Assembly: GCA_014905635.1 (NCBI GenBank)
Contig: JABVCE010000005.1
Span: 62,001-126,000, forward strand
Reading direction: 5' to 3'
Length of the DNA stretch: 64,000 nucleotides
Source of the DNA: Scenedesmus sp. PABB004
Taxonomy: Eukaryota
Part shown: in pieces, positions 35,656 to 55,800 of the stretch
Layout of the letters: each line of letters starts with the position of its first letter
How positions within the stretch are numbered: position 1 is the stretch's first letter
Translations under genes and position numbers: made by a program
Notes under the pieces: generated by a model
What the model saw: only the letters and a program-made list of their open reading frames with translations
Told to the model about the DNA's origin: nothing
Database searches by the model: none

Positions 35656-38464
35656 CTAGCAGTCAAAGGTGTCCAGCAGGTGCAGCAGGACGCCGTTGCT
35701 CCACGCAAACCCGACCTGCGGCGCGTACTCGCCGCCGCCGCCGGCGCCGCCGTGGGGCGCCGACAGGTCATACTTTTCGTGCATGTGCCCCGTTGACCGC
35801 CACACAGCGAGGTTCATCCTGCGGGCCAGGGCGGGCGCGTGGGCGCTCGTGCGTGCGTGCGCGCGCGCTCTGCGGCGCGGCGGGCTCTGCCGCGTGCAAT
35901 CGCGCAGCGAGCGCGCCGTGGAGCGCACCTGACCCACGCTCGCGCCAGGCGCGCGGCAAACGCGGCGCCCGCCGCGCCGCCGTGCGCCGCGGCACCCTCG
36001 ATGAGCATGTGCTGCAGCGGCGGCCAGCCGTTGGGCGCGTCCCACTGCTGCCCCGTGGCGGCCAGGCTGGCAGCGACGCCCGCGCCGCGCACGAGCCCCG
36101 ACGCATCCAGCGCGCGCACCACCGCCGCGCCCTGCGCCTCGTCGCCCTCGGTCAGGCCCGCCCAGAGGCCAACAAAGTTGGACGCAAACACGCCACATCT
36201 GTTGAGCCGCAGCCGGCGCTCACGCTGCCAGTCCTCCTGCTGCTGCGCCTGCTGCTGCTGCTCCTGCTGCTCCTGCTGCTCGCCGCCCGGGCCGCCCGGG
36301 TCGCCGGGGCACGGCTCCAGGATGCCGTCCCGCCACATGCCTGCGGCGAGCGCGCAGCGCGGGCGGCGGCGCTGAGCGCTGCCGCGCCGCGCGCCCGCGG
36401 CGGCGCGGGCCGCGCCGCACCCGCGGCCGCGTCCCACAGCAGCGCCTGGATCGCGCCGCGCCGCGCGTCCGCGGCCGCGTCAAAGCGCTGCGCGGTCGCC
36501 GCGTCCCCCGCGCGGCGCGCCGCCCAGGCGATGTTGCGCTCCGCCAGGAACAGCCAGGCGTTGAGGTCAGCCGGCACGATCTGCGGCGCGGGCAGCCGGC
36601 GGCGCGCGGGCCGTCGGCGCGGCGCCGGCCGGGGCGAGGCCGGCACGCGGCGTCGGCGGCGCGGCCGCGGGCGCCAGGGCGCGCGCCGCGCCTGCGTGGT
36701 GCGGATGGTCGCGAGGCTGGCGCCGTCGGCGAGCCAGCGCGAGGAGTAGTCCCAGCCCGACTCGGCGCCGCTCGCGAGCTCGCGGTACAGCTGCGGCGCC
36801 CGGCGGCCATGAGGGGGAGGGGGTGAGGGCGCCGCGCCGCGCGGCTCGGCGCCGGCGAGGGCGGCGCGTCGCGCGCGCCGGCGGGGCCGCGCCGCCCTCC
36901 CCTCGCACGCACCTGCGCCGCGGGCGGGTGCGACGGCGACGCGCTCCCCGTGGCCTGCGCCGCGAGCGCCTCGTCCTCGCGCTGCGACTCGGGCCGCGGC
37001 GCGGCCCAGTCGGCCCAGTACCTGCGGCGGCGGCGCGCGGCGCGCAACCTCACCGCGGGCGGCGCGCGCTCGGGCGGCGGCGGGGCGCCTCGCCGTGCCG
37101 CCCTCACTTGGCCGCGTCACTTCTGCCCGCCGCGAGCCCCGCGAGCCCCGCGCGCCGCGCGCCTGCTGAGCGCGTGCACCGTGCCGTCTGGCGCCGCGAC
37201 GCGCAGCGCCTTGGGGCCGCGCGTCCAGTGCGCGTGCTCCGCCAGCAGCGCCGGCAGCGCGCGCGCCGGCAGCGCGTCGTCGGCGCCTGCCTCGGCCACG
37301 AGCCGCACCATCGCGCCCAGCAGCGGCGGCTGGCTGCGCGCGCCGCGCGCGGGTGCGGCGGTGGGCGCGCGTCGGCGGCCCCGGGTGCTGCGCCCCCCGC
37401 CTGCGCCCGCGCTGCCCGCTGCCGCCCGCCTGGCCACCTTCGGTTCAGGTAGTAGACCCGCCCGCCGTTGGGCACGCGGCCGTCGCCGGTGGCCGCCGCG
37501 AGCGCGAGCAGGTTGCCCACCAGGCCCGCCGCGGTGCGCGTCAGCCCGCTCGCCAGCAGGCCCAGCAGCGCCCAGTAGCTGTCCCAGTAATACGTCTCAC
37601 GGAAGCGGTCGCCTGCGGCACCGGCGGGGCGGGGTGTGTGTTTTGGGGGTGGGCGCGAGGGGCGGGGGCGGCGCGGCCGGCCCGGCGGCACTGGGCGTGC
37701 GGCGCGGCGCGTTGGCGCCGGGCCGGCGCGCCGCCCCTGCCTGGCGCCGCCGCACCCGGCACGACTGTGGGGTTGGGCAGCGCCAGCAGCGAGTGGCGCT
37801 CGGGGTGGTCCCGCACGCTGGGCGACACCTGGCGCCCGCGGCGGCGGCGCAGGCCGGCGCTCGCCGCCGCGCTCGCCGCTCGGCGCACGGCCCCCCCCCC
37901 TCTCAGCCCCGTTGCCGCCGGCGGCGGCGCGCGCACCTCGCGGCACAGCTCGCGCCAGAGGCCGTGCACGGCGCGCCCCAGCTCCAGCAGCGCGGCGCCG
38001 TCGGGGTCGCTGCGCGCGGCGAGGCGCGCCAGGAAGCCCGGCGGCGCCGGCGTCCAGTCGGGCGGCACGCACGGCACCAGGTCGCTGCCCGGCGGCGCGA
38101 GGCGCGCGTCCACAAACGCGCGCAGCGCGTCGGCGCCCACGCGCCCGCCCGCAGCGGCGCGCAGCTCGTCAAACGCGGCGGCGACCTCGGCCACGGGCGC
38201 GCGCAGCGCCAGGTCCCTGCGGCCGGCGGGAGCGGCGCGTGAGGCGGCGCGTGCAGCGGGGCCCGGCGCGGCGCGCGCCGCCGCGGCCGGCCCCCGCCGC
38301 GGCCGCCCCCCGCCGTACACGGCGTGCTTAGAGTCGGCAAAGAGCCGGGCCTCCTGGATCGCGGCCAGCAGCGGCGCCAGCGCCGGCGCCAGCAGCCCGC
38401 CGGCGACGACGTCGGGAGCGGCGGCGCGCGCGGCCGGCGGCTGCGGCGGCGGCGGCGCCGCCAT
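35656..38464 (-). CDS. TRE1: Trehalase, glycoside hydrolase family 37, 10 exons
   Basis: LFADSKHAV|D, VPG|DRFRETYYWDSYW, VPNGGRVYYLNR|SQPP, PRPES, SGAESGWDYSSRW, GQQWDAPNGWPPLQ, MHEKYD..GGGGEYAPQVGFAWSNG. An in-frame ATG at 38587 is an alternative start. Confidence 0.95.
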
Positions 38465-38827
38465 CGCCGCCGCCCGCGGCGGCGCGCGAGCAGCGGCGCG
38501 GCAGCGGTTGCTGCCGCGGGCGGCGGCGGCGGCGGCGGCGGCCGTGCGGTGAGAGGGAGCACGCCAGGCGATAGCGGCTGGAGCCATAGTGGACCCTGCG
38601 ACGCGCGCATCGCGCAGCGGAGCGCGCCGCGCCGGTTGCGCCGCAGCGGCGGTCCAGCAGAAATGCCAGAAACGTGGACGCGGCGACGCGAGAGTGCTGC
38701 GCCGATCGCCTGCACTCTCACCACGCCGCGTCCACGCACAATCCGCCGCCGCCGGCCCCGCGTGCTGCGAGGAACGGCGAGCCCCGCCGCGCCCAGCAGC
38801 CGCCCCGGCAAAGCCGCCGCGTGCGTC

Positions 38828-40961
38828 ATGCGGACAGCTTGGGTGCTGGCGCTAGCGCCGGCGCTGCTGCATGGTGCGCAGCGGTGCCGGCGGCGACGCG
38901 GCGCCCGACGCTGCCACTCTTCTCGTGCTGCTGCTGCCGCCCGCCGGCCGCCGCTGCCGGCCGCCGCAGCCGCCGCGGCCAACGACCTCCCACCCGCCGC
39001 CGCCGCCCGCCCGCGCGCCGCAGCCGCCGCGGCGCTGGCGCCGGGGGCGCAGCAGCAGCGGCCGCTCGCGCCGGCCGCCGGCGCGCCGCCGGCTGACGAC
39101 GAGGTGCTGTCCCTGCCCGGCCACGCCGGCGCGCTGCCGTCGCGGCACTACGCCGGCTACGTCGGCGTCGGCCCCGCGCAGCGCCGGCAGCTCTTCTATT
39201 ACCTGGTCAGTGCCGAGGCGCCGCGCGGGTCGGACGCGGACGGCCGCGTGATCGTCTGGCTCACGGGCGGCCCCGGCTGCTCCTCCATGGACGCGTTTGC
39301 CTACGAGCACGGGCCCTTCAAAATGAGCCTGGCCCCGGGTGCGCGACGCAGCGCTGCGCCGACCGCCGCCGCGGCCGACCGCCGCGCCGCGCGGGCCCGG
39401 CAACCGCTGCGCCGCGCCGCGGGCCGACGACCGCCGCGCCGCGCCGACGGCTGCGCCGCGCCGCCGCAGGCGCGGGCGCGGGCGGGCGCGCGCTGGGCGT
39501 CGACGATGTCGTGCTGTCGCGCAACCCGCACGCCTGGTCGCGCGCGGCGCACGTGGTGTATGTCGACTCGCCCGCCGGCACGGGGCTGAGCTGGAGCGCC
39601 GACCGCGCCGACTATGCGACCGGCGACGGCCGCACGCTCGACGACCTCGCTGAGTTTGTCGACCGCTTCTTCGCCGCCCACCCGGACCTCGCGGAGCGCC
39701 GGGAGCTCTACATCGCGGGTGGGTGGGCACGCGCGGCGGCGGCGGCGGCGGCGGCGCACCGCGCGGCCGCCCGCCCGCGGCCGCGCCCCGCCTGACGCCC
39801 CCTGACGCCCCGCCGCGCCCGCACCCGCCCCCGCGCCCGCCGCGCAGGCGAGTCGTACGGCGGCGTGTACGTTCCGCTGCTCGCGGCGCGCCTGCTGCGC
39901 GACGGCGGCGCCCGCGCCGGCGCCGGCGGCGCGCACCGCCCGGCGCTCGCTGGTGTGATTGTTGGCAACGGCGTGACGGACGACGCGTTTGACGCACGCG
40001 GGCAGCTCAGCTACGCGTGGGCTGCTGGGCTCGTGGATGAGCCGGGCCTCGCGTCCGCGCGGCGGCGCTGCGAGGACGGCGGGTGGAACCCTGTGGAGGG
40101 CGACTGCGGCGCCGCGATCGACGACCTGCAGGCGTCCCTCGAGGCCGCGGGCATCAACCCTTACGACACGCTCAGCCCCTGCGCGCGCGGCGGCGACGCC
40201 CTGGCCGCCGCCGGCGCGCGGGCGCCGCTGCTGCGCCAGCGCCTGCGCGCCACGGCGCGGCGCGGCGGCGCCGCGGCCGGCCTGGGCCACAGCATCGCGT
40301 GCGCGGACCGCCGCGCGTCGCTCGCCTACTTCAACGCCCCGCGGGTGCGCGACGCCATCCACGCGGACAGCGTCGACCAGGCCGGGCGGTGAGGGCGGCC
40401 GCCGCCGCGCGCGCCCGCGCCAGGCCGCACCCGCGCCGGGCGCCCGCACGACGCCGCACGGCCGCCGCCGCCGCCGCCGCCGCGCGGCGCGCGTCGCAGG
40501 TGGGAGCCGTGCAGCGACGTGCTGGACTACACGCACGACGCGGGCAGCATGCTGCCGGTGTATGTGGAGCTGCTTGCGGGGCGCGTGCGCGCGCTCGTGT
40601 ACAGCGGCGACGCCGACTTTATCGTGCCCTTCACCTCGACGCGCGCGTGGGTGCGCCACGGCCTCACGCCGCCGTTGCGCGAGGCGCGGCCCTGGCACGC
40701 GTGGGGCCTGCCCGGCAGCGAGCAGGTGCGCGGCGTGGCGCGGCTTGCGGCGCGGCCTCGTGGGAGCTGCGCCGCGGGCGCCGCCCGCTGCCGCGCTCAC
40801 CCCGGCCCGCCGCCCCCGCCGCGCAGACGGCGGGCTGGGCGGTGGAGTTTGAGGAGGGGCTGACGATGGCGACCGTGCGCGGCGCGGGGCACATGGTGCC
40901 GCAGAGCCGGCCGGCGGAGTCTCTCGAGCTGCTGCGGCTCTGGCTGGCGCGCGAGCTGTGA
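38828..40961 (+). CDS. Secreted serine carboxypeptidase, family S10
   Basis: Signal peptide, HYAGYV, WLTGGPGCSS, VDSPAGTGLS, IAG|ESYGGVYVP, YSGDADFIVP, TVRGAGHMVP (Ser-Asp-His triad). Confidence 0.93.
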
Positions 40962-41235
40962 GCGCAGAGCGCCAGGCAGCGCCGCGGCGCCCAGAGGCCG
41001 CCCTCCGTGGCCGTGTGGGCGGGGCGACGGCAGAAGGGAGGGCTGAATGCGGCCCCCGCTGACCACTGGCGCCTGGCGGGCGGGGCGAGCGTGTGCGTCT
41101 TGAGGCGGGGCGAGCGCCAGGGAGCGCCGCGCGTGCACATTGCACTGCGCTGCCGGTGCTGAAGCAAGCACCGCGCCGTGCGGGAGCGGAGCTGGGTAAC
41201 AGGCAGTGGCGCCCCGCCCCAGCTCGAGCGCCCCG

Positions 41236-41240
41236 TTACA
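41236..41240 (-). terminator. TGTAA poly(A) signal of syntaxin-5
   Basis: TTACA on the plus strand, about 150 nt past the stop codon. Confidence 0.5.
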
Positions 41241-41390
41241 CCGGGGCGCGGCGCCCCGCGCGCCGCCGGCTTGCCCGCGCGCGGCCCTTCGCGCGCGCGG
41301 GCCGCGCCGTCGCCGCGCGCTGCGCGTGCTGTGCTCACAGCATGCCGAGGGGTGTGCAGGACGCGCAGGTGTGCGCGCGTGTCGCGCGCC

Positions 41391-42832
41391 TCACGCGATG
41401 AAGCCGACGAAGAGCGTGAGGAAGATCATGAGCACGGCAAAGACCTTGGCCATGAGCCAGCGGTTGCTGGAGATGGTGGTGAGGTACTTCATGAGCTGCC
41501 CCCGCGCGCTGTCGACGTTGGCGAGCGTCTCGTCGACGTTCTCGTCGATGCGCGCCGTCATCTCGCCCTGCGCCGCGACCATCTCCGCGAGCTGCGTGAA
41601 GATGCTGCCCAGCTCCACGATCGTGCTCTCCACGTTGTGCAGCGCCTCCGCGCGCGCAGAGCTGTACCCGCTCTCCTGCGGCGCGTACGCCTGCTGCTGC
41701 AGCAGGCCGCCGCCGCCCCTGCGGCGCGGCGCGGCGCATGCGTGGGCGGCGGCCGCAGGCGCGGGCCGCTGCGGGTGGGCGCGCAGGCGGGCGCGCGCGC
41801 GGGCTGCCGCCCCCAGCCGCCGCCAGCCAGCCGCCGGCTCGCCCCGGCGCCCAGCTCACCCTCCGCCAGGCCCCTGTCGCGCGCGGGTCGAGGCGGCGGG
41901 CGGCGAGGCAGCGCGCGGGGCAGCGGGCGGGGGGCGGGGGCGGCGTCAGCATCGCGCCCCGGCGCTGCGGCCGCGCGCGCAGGCCCCCCGCCAGCCACAG
42001 CGAGCGCGGAGCTGCAGCTGCTCCTCGCGCGCGCCGCGCGGCGCGCTGCTGCCGGTCCCGCCGCCGCTGCCGGTCCCGCCGCCGCTGGCGCTGGCGCCGG
42101 CGCCGCCGCTGGCGCGTCTGGCGCTGCTGCGTGGCCGCTCACGTGGGGTTGCCCCTCGTCGGGCCGCCGCCGGCGCACCTGGCCAAACATGTTCGCGGCG
42201 GAGGGCCGGCTGCTGCTGCTCCCCGCGCCGCCCGGCTCGCCGCCCGGCGGGCCCAGCAGCGGCGCGCGCTCCAGCAGGCCGAGCGCGCCCGCGTCGGGCT
42301 GGCTGCTGAACAGCTGGCGGCGCTCCGAGTGGAGCTTGAGGTTGTCGGTGCGCAGCGTGAGGACCTCCTTGAACTCGGCCGTCGCGTCCTTGAGCCGGCT
42401 GCGCAGGTTGTTCACGACCGTGTGCGAGTGGTCGGCCGACTGCCGGTTTTCGTCCGGCGCGCGCCCGCCGACGCGCTGCAGGTCGGCGATGGCGGCGTTG
42501 AGGCCCTGGATGTCCTGCTTGATCACGCCCGTGAGCTCGTCGATCTCCCGCCCCGGGTCGTCAAACATGGACGTGCGCTTGGCCAGCGCCGCGAGCTTCT
42601 GCAGGCGCGCCGACGTCGTGTGGATGCTCAGCCCGATCGCGCTCGCCTTGCGCGCAAACTCGGACTGCTGCTGCACCGCCGCCTTGGCCGCCGCCGCCGC
42701 GGACGCGCCCGGCCCGCCGCCCGGGTCTGCGCCGCCGCTCTGCTTCTGTAGCCGCGCCGCCATGGCCTGAAAGTCGGCCGTCCGGTCCCGCAGCGAGGCG
42801 GGCCCGCCAACGGCGAGCCGCGAGTGCGCCAT
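41391..42832 (-). CDS. SYP32: Golgi Qa-SNARE syntaxin-5 (SYP31/32, Sed5)
   Basis: RDRTADF N-peptide, LQKLAALAKRTSMFDDP, HSHTVVNNLRSRL, SNARE motif RAEALHNVESTIVELGSIFTQLA..RIDENV, C-terminal TM. Exon structure between about 41720 and 42180 is unresolved. Confidence 0.93.
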
Positions 42833-43156
42833 GGCGCCCCCCCAGCCCGCCCCGCGACCCCCCGGGCTACTGCAGGCCGCGACGGTCGCGGCGCGGGGCC
42901 CGGCGGGGCGAGGGCGCGCGGGGGTGGCTCGGCAGCAGCAGCAGATGCCGCGGGGCTGCGCGGGCGCCAACACCGGCTGGCTGGCTGGCCGTGTGCGTCG
43001 GCGAGAACAGATGGACCAGTCAGTCGTCCCTCCTGCAGGTGCATGCAGAGCGCTCAGGTGTGGCGGCAGCGCGCAGCGGCGCACGGAGGGCGCGCGCAGG
43101 GTTGAGGGCTCCCGGCGCGGCGGCGCGGGGCGCAGGGCCCAGGGCGGCTGCCGGCA

Positions 43157-43818
43157 CGACACGCCCGCGCGCCCTGTCCGCCGGCCGCGCGGTGCCGCCG
43201 TGCCGCGCCCCGGCCGGCCGCGCCGCCGGGCCAGCTCGGGGGCGCGGCGCAGGGCGGCCCGGGCGCGCGTGCGCGGCGCGGCGGCTGCCGGAAGGACGGC
43301 GCGCTGCCACCTGGCGGACAGCTGGCGCGCCCGGGACCGCGCGCGGCGCGCCGCACGCTCGCGCGCCGCCGGCCGGGCGCGCGCCGCACCTCGGGCAGTC
43401 GCTGGTGGGGCGTGCCGCCGGGCGAGGGGGGCTCAAACGAACGCCGGGGCAGCGGCGTTGGCGGGCTGGTGTTTGCTGGTGTGTCGCTGGCTGGGGGTCG
43501 TTGTGTGTGTGAGTCTTTGGGCGCGGGGCCGGGCGCGGCGCGCTTTGTGGGCGGCGCGGGGCGGCTTCCGGGCGCACGCAGCCATAACGAAGACCGCCGG
43601 GCGCTCCGCGCTGGGGGCCCAAAACTCGCGGCGCGCCCAGATCGGTGCGCCGACACGCGCGTCGCCCCCTCCGCAGCGCGCGCGGCACCATGCAGGGCCC
43701 GGGCGGCACGCGGCGCGGTGCCGGAACGCGGCCGCACGTGCGACCGCCGCGCTCGCCCGCGCGGCGCCCCCGCCGCGCGCGACCACACGCTCAGCGGCGG
43801 CGCCGGTGGCAGGTTGAC
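43157..43818 (-). repeat. Inverted duplication IR2 copy A (upstream of syntaxin-5)
   Basis: 43157-43784 matches the reverse complement of 52002-52630 with about 3 differences seen. Degenerate extension of about 30 nt. Confidence 0.95.
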
Positions 43819-44026
43819 CGCGTTTTTCCTGCCGCACGCTCGAGTCTGCCGCCGCGAGCGCGACTCGTACTTGCGACTGTCTCGCAGCTGACGGCTTGTG
43901 AGACTGAGACTGAGGGACGGCTCTCTGCAGCCAGCGCCGGCAGCGCGCCGGCGCGTGCGGGCACGCCAGCAGCGGCTTCCACGCGGTGCTTGACGCTCTC
44001 AGCGTGGCGCGCGGGCCGTGCCCGCG

Positions 44027-51734
<7,708 letters not shown>

Positions 51735-51971
51735 GGCGGGCGCGGCCGAGTGCCAGGTCCTGCCCGGCGGCGCGGCGCGTTGCTCGAGAGCGCGTGTTTC
51801 GGCCGCGAACTCACACCAGCCACACGTGCGCGCCTACTCCGTTCATGAGCGCGCCGCGCCGGTGATCGGTGATCTGCGCCTGGCGGGGGAGGCGTCGAGA
51901 CCCGCGGTACGCGGGCGGCGGTGCGCGGCGAGCGGCGCGCTGCGGCGCGCCCGGCGGCGGCTGCGCGGCAC

Positions 51972-52630
51972 GTCAACGGCCACGGCGCCGCCTCTGAGCA
52001 CGGTCGCGCGCGGCGGGGGCGCCGCGCGGGCGAGCGCGGCGGTCGCACGTGCGGCCGCGTTCCGGCACCGCGCCGCGTGCCGCCCGGGCCCTGCATGGTG
52101 CCGCGCGCGCTGCGGAGGGGGCGACGCGCGTGTCGGCGCACCGATCTGGGCGCGCCGCGAGTTTTGGGGCCCCCAGCGCGGAGCGCCCGGCGGTCTTCGT
52201 TATGGCTGCGTGCGCCCGGAAGCCGCCCCGCGCCGCCCACAAAGCGCGCCGCGCCCGGCCCCGCACCCAAAGACTCACACACACAACGACCCCCAGCCAG
52301 CGACACACCAGCAAACACCAGCCCGCCAACGCCGCTGCCCCGGCGTTCGTTTGAGCCCCCCTCGCCCGGCGGCACGCCCCGCCAGCGACTGCCCGAGGTG
52401 CGGCGCGCGCCCGGCCGGCGGCGCGCGAGCGTGCGGCGCGCCGCGCGCGGTCCCGGGCGCGCCAGCTGTCCGCCAGGTGGCAGCGCGCCGTCCTTCCGGC
52501 AGCCGCCGCGCCGCGCACGCGCGCCCGGGCCGCCCTGCGCCGCGCCCCCGAGCTGGCCCGGCGGCGCGGCCGGCCGGGGCGCGGCACGGCGGCACCGCGC
52601 GGCCGGCGGACAGGGCGCGCGGGCGTGTCG
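51972..52630 (+). repeat. Inverted duplication IR2 copy B (upstream of PPDK)
   Basis: Reverse complement of 43157-43818. Ends 184 nt before the PPDK ATG. Confidence 0.95.
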
Positions 52631-52813
52631 GCATGGCCGGCCATCCCCCGTCCCGCTGCCTCGCGGCCCGCGGCGCTCGGGAGCCCCGCCCCGCGCCTGC
52701 GCACCGACGCCGCCGACCTCACGCGCCCGCGCCCGCCGTCTGCCACCGCTGCCCGCGGCCGGCGCGACGCAGATCACCCCCCCTCATCACCCCCCCTCCG
52801 CGCTCCGGCCACC

Positions 52814-55800
52814 ATGGCGCTCACTCAGCCGCGCATCTTCACCTTCATCAAGGGCCAGTCCAAGGGCGACAAGTCCATGAAGGAGCTGGTGAGCCGTCGC
52901 GCGCTGCGGGCGTGTCGCAATGCCGACCGGCAGTTGGCCGCCATGTGCGCGCGCGGCCACCATGCGCGCTGGCCGGCCGGCAGGAGTTTGCTGACCAGCT
53001 CCCGCGCGTGATGCGGCGCTCGCGCGGGCGTGCCCGGCCGCGTGCGCGGCGCACGTCGACGCCGGCACGTTTTTTGCTGTCGGGTCTGGGGGTGGGGCCG
53101 CCCCTCGCCGCCGCGCGCCATTGGCTGGCCGGCCTCACGCGCCGCATGCCGCGCTCACGCACGCCCGCCCGCCCCCGCCGCCCGCCCCGCCGCCGCGCCC
53201 GCAGCTCGGCGGCAAGGGCGCCAACCTGTGCGAGATGGCCCGCATCGGCGTCAACGTGCCCCCCGGCCTCACCGTGACCACCGAGGTCTGCCAGGAGTTC
53301 TACCGCGTCGGTGCGGCGCCCCCCGCGCGATTGCTCGCCGCCGCGCGCCTGCCGCGCCGCGCACCCCCGCGGGGCGCTCACCGCTCGCCGCCCGCCGCCC
53401 GCGCGCGCGCGCAGGCGGCGACCTGCCGCCGGGGCTCATGGACGAGGTCCGCGCCGCGGTCGCCCAGGTCGAGGCGGCGATGGGCAAGAAGTTTGGCGAC
53501 GCGGGCAACACGCTGCTCTTCAGCGTGCGCTCCGGCGCGGCGATGAGCATGCCGGGCATGATGGACACCGTGCTCAACGTCGGCCTCAACGACGCCGTCG
53601 TCGAGGGCCTCGCGGCCCAGGTCAACGAGCGCTTCGCGTGGGACTGCTACCGCCGCCTGCTCCAGGCACGCGCGCCGCCGCGCGCGCGCGGGGGGATCGG
53701 GGCGCGCAGCTCGCGCGTGCGCCGCCACCTGCGCTGCGCCGCCGCTGACGCCGCGCTGCCCGCCGCGCTCCCCGCCGCGCTGCGCGCGCGCAGATGTTTG
53801 GCGACGTCGTGCTGGGCATCGACCACGAGCTGTTTGAGCACGAGCTGGGCGCGATCAAGGCGGCCGCGGGCGCCAAGTTTGACATCGAGCTCACCGCGGC
53901 CCACCTCAAGGAGCTGGTCGCCAAGTACAAGGCCGTGTACAAGACCGCCGGCAAGGTCCTGCCCGACGACCCCTGGGAGCAGCTGCGCATGGGCATCGAC
54001 GCCGTGTTCAGGCGCGCGCGCTCGCTCGCCGCGCGCTCGCCCGCCCGCTGGCTCGCCGCCCGCGTCGCGCCGCGCGCCCGCGCCCACGCCGCGCGCGGCC
54101 GCCTCCTCCCACGCCGCCGCGGCCAGGTCGTGGAACATCCCGCGCGCGGTCAAGTACCGGGAGATCAACAAGATCACGGGGCTCAAGGGCACCGCGGTCA
54201 ACGTGCAGACCATGGTCTACGGCAACGTCAACGACGCGAGCGGCACGGGCGTGCTCTTCACGCGCAACCCCGCCAACGGCACCAACGAGCTCTACGGCGA
54301 GTTCCTCATCAACGCGCAGGGCGAGGACGTGGTGCGTGGGCGAGCCGCGGGGAGCGGGGAGGGGGGTGGTGGGAGCGGCTGCTTGCCGCGCGGCACGCGG
54401 CGGGGAGCGCGCGCGTTGTGCGCGCCGCGCGCGCGCGCCGCGCTGAGCCGCCGCGCTGAGCCGCCGCGCCCCGCGCTCCGCGCCGCAGGTGGCGGGCATC
54501 CGCACGCCGATGCCGATCGCGCTGATGAGGGAGAAGATGCCGCCCATCTACAAGGAGCTGCACGACACGGTCAAGATGCTCGAGCGCCACATGCACGACA
54601 TGCAGGCGCGCGCCGCGCACTGGGGCCGGGCCGCGGGGCGTGCGGCGGCGAGGCGGCAGGGCGCGCAGGCGCGGGCGCCGACCCGCCACGCCGCGCCCCG
54701 ATGGCCGCGCAGGACACCGAGTTCACGGTGCAGGACGGCACGCTGTTCATGCTGCAGACGCGCAACGGCAAGCGCACCGGCCCCGCGGCGCTCAAGATCG
54801 CGATCGACCTGGAGGCCGAGGTGCGGCGCGCAGGGCGCGCGGGCAGGGGCCGCGCCGCCTGCAGGGCCCGCGCGCCGCTGCGCGCTGCGCACGCCAGCTC
54901 CGCCCGCGCGCGCGCCGCACTCACGCGCCCCCTGCTCTCGCACCCGCCCGCGCCTGCCGCGCCCGCGTCAGGGCCTGGTCGACAGCGACGCGGCGGTGAT
55001 GCTGGTGGAGCCGCGCCACCTGGACCAGCTGCTGCACCCGATGTTTGAGAATGAGAAGGCCTACCAGCGCGACGTCATCACCAAGGGCCTCGGCGCCTCG
55101 CCCGGCGCGGCGGTGGGCAAGCTCGTGTTCACCGCCGAGGACGCGGAGGCGTGGAAGGCCAAGGGCGAGGCCGTCATCCTCTGCCGCCAGGAGACGAGCC
55201 CCGAGGACGTCGGCGGCATGCACGCGGCGGAGGGCATCCTCACCAGCCGCGGCGGCATGACCAGCCACGCCGCCGTCGTCGCGCGCGGGTGGGGCAAGCC
55301 CTGCTGCTGCGGGTGCGAGGAGCTCATCGTCGACGCGTTTGCCAAGACGCTCAAGGCACCGGTGAGGGGGGAGGACGCGGGGGCGCTGCGCGCGCGGCGG
55401 CCAGGGCGCGCGGAGGCGCTGCGTGCAGTGCAGCGTGCCCGCTGCGCCCGCTGCGCCCGCGCGGCGGCTCACGCCCGCGCCGCGCGTCGCGCGTCGCGCC
55501 GCCGCGCAGAACGGCGCGGTGCTGAAGGAGGGCGACTGGGTGAGCCTGAACGGCGTGACGGGCGAGGTCATCAAGGGCGCGCAGCCGGTGAAGAAGCCTG
55601 CGCTCACGGGCGACCTCGGGACGTTCATGAAGTGGGTCGACGCCAAGCGCCGCCTGCGCGTGCTCACCAACGCCGACACGCCCGAGGACGCCAAGGCGGC
55701 CATCGCCAACGGCGCGCAGGGCATCGGGCTCACGCGCACGGAGCACATGTTCTTCGCGACGCACCAGCGCATCGCCGCCGTGCGCCGCATGATCGCCGCG

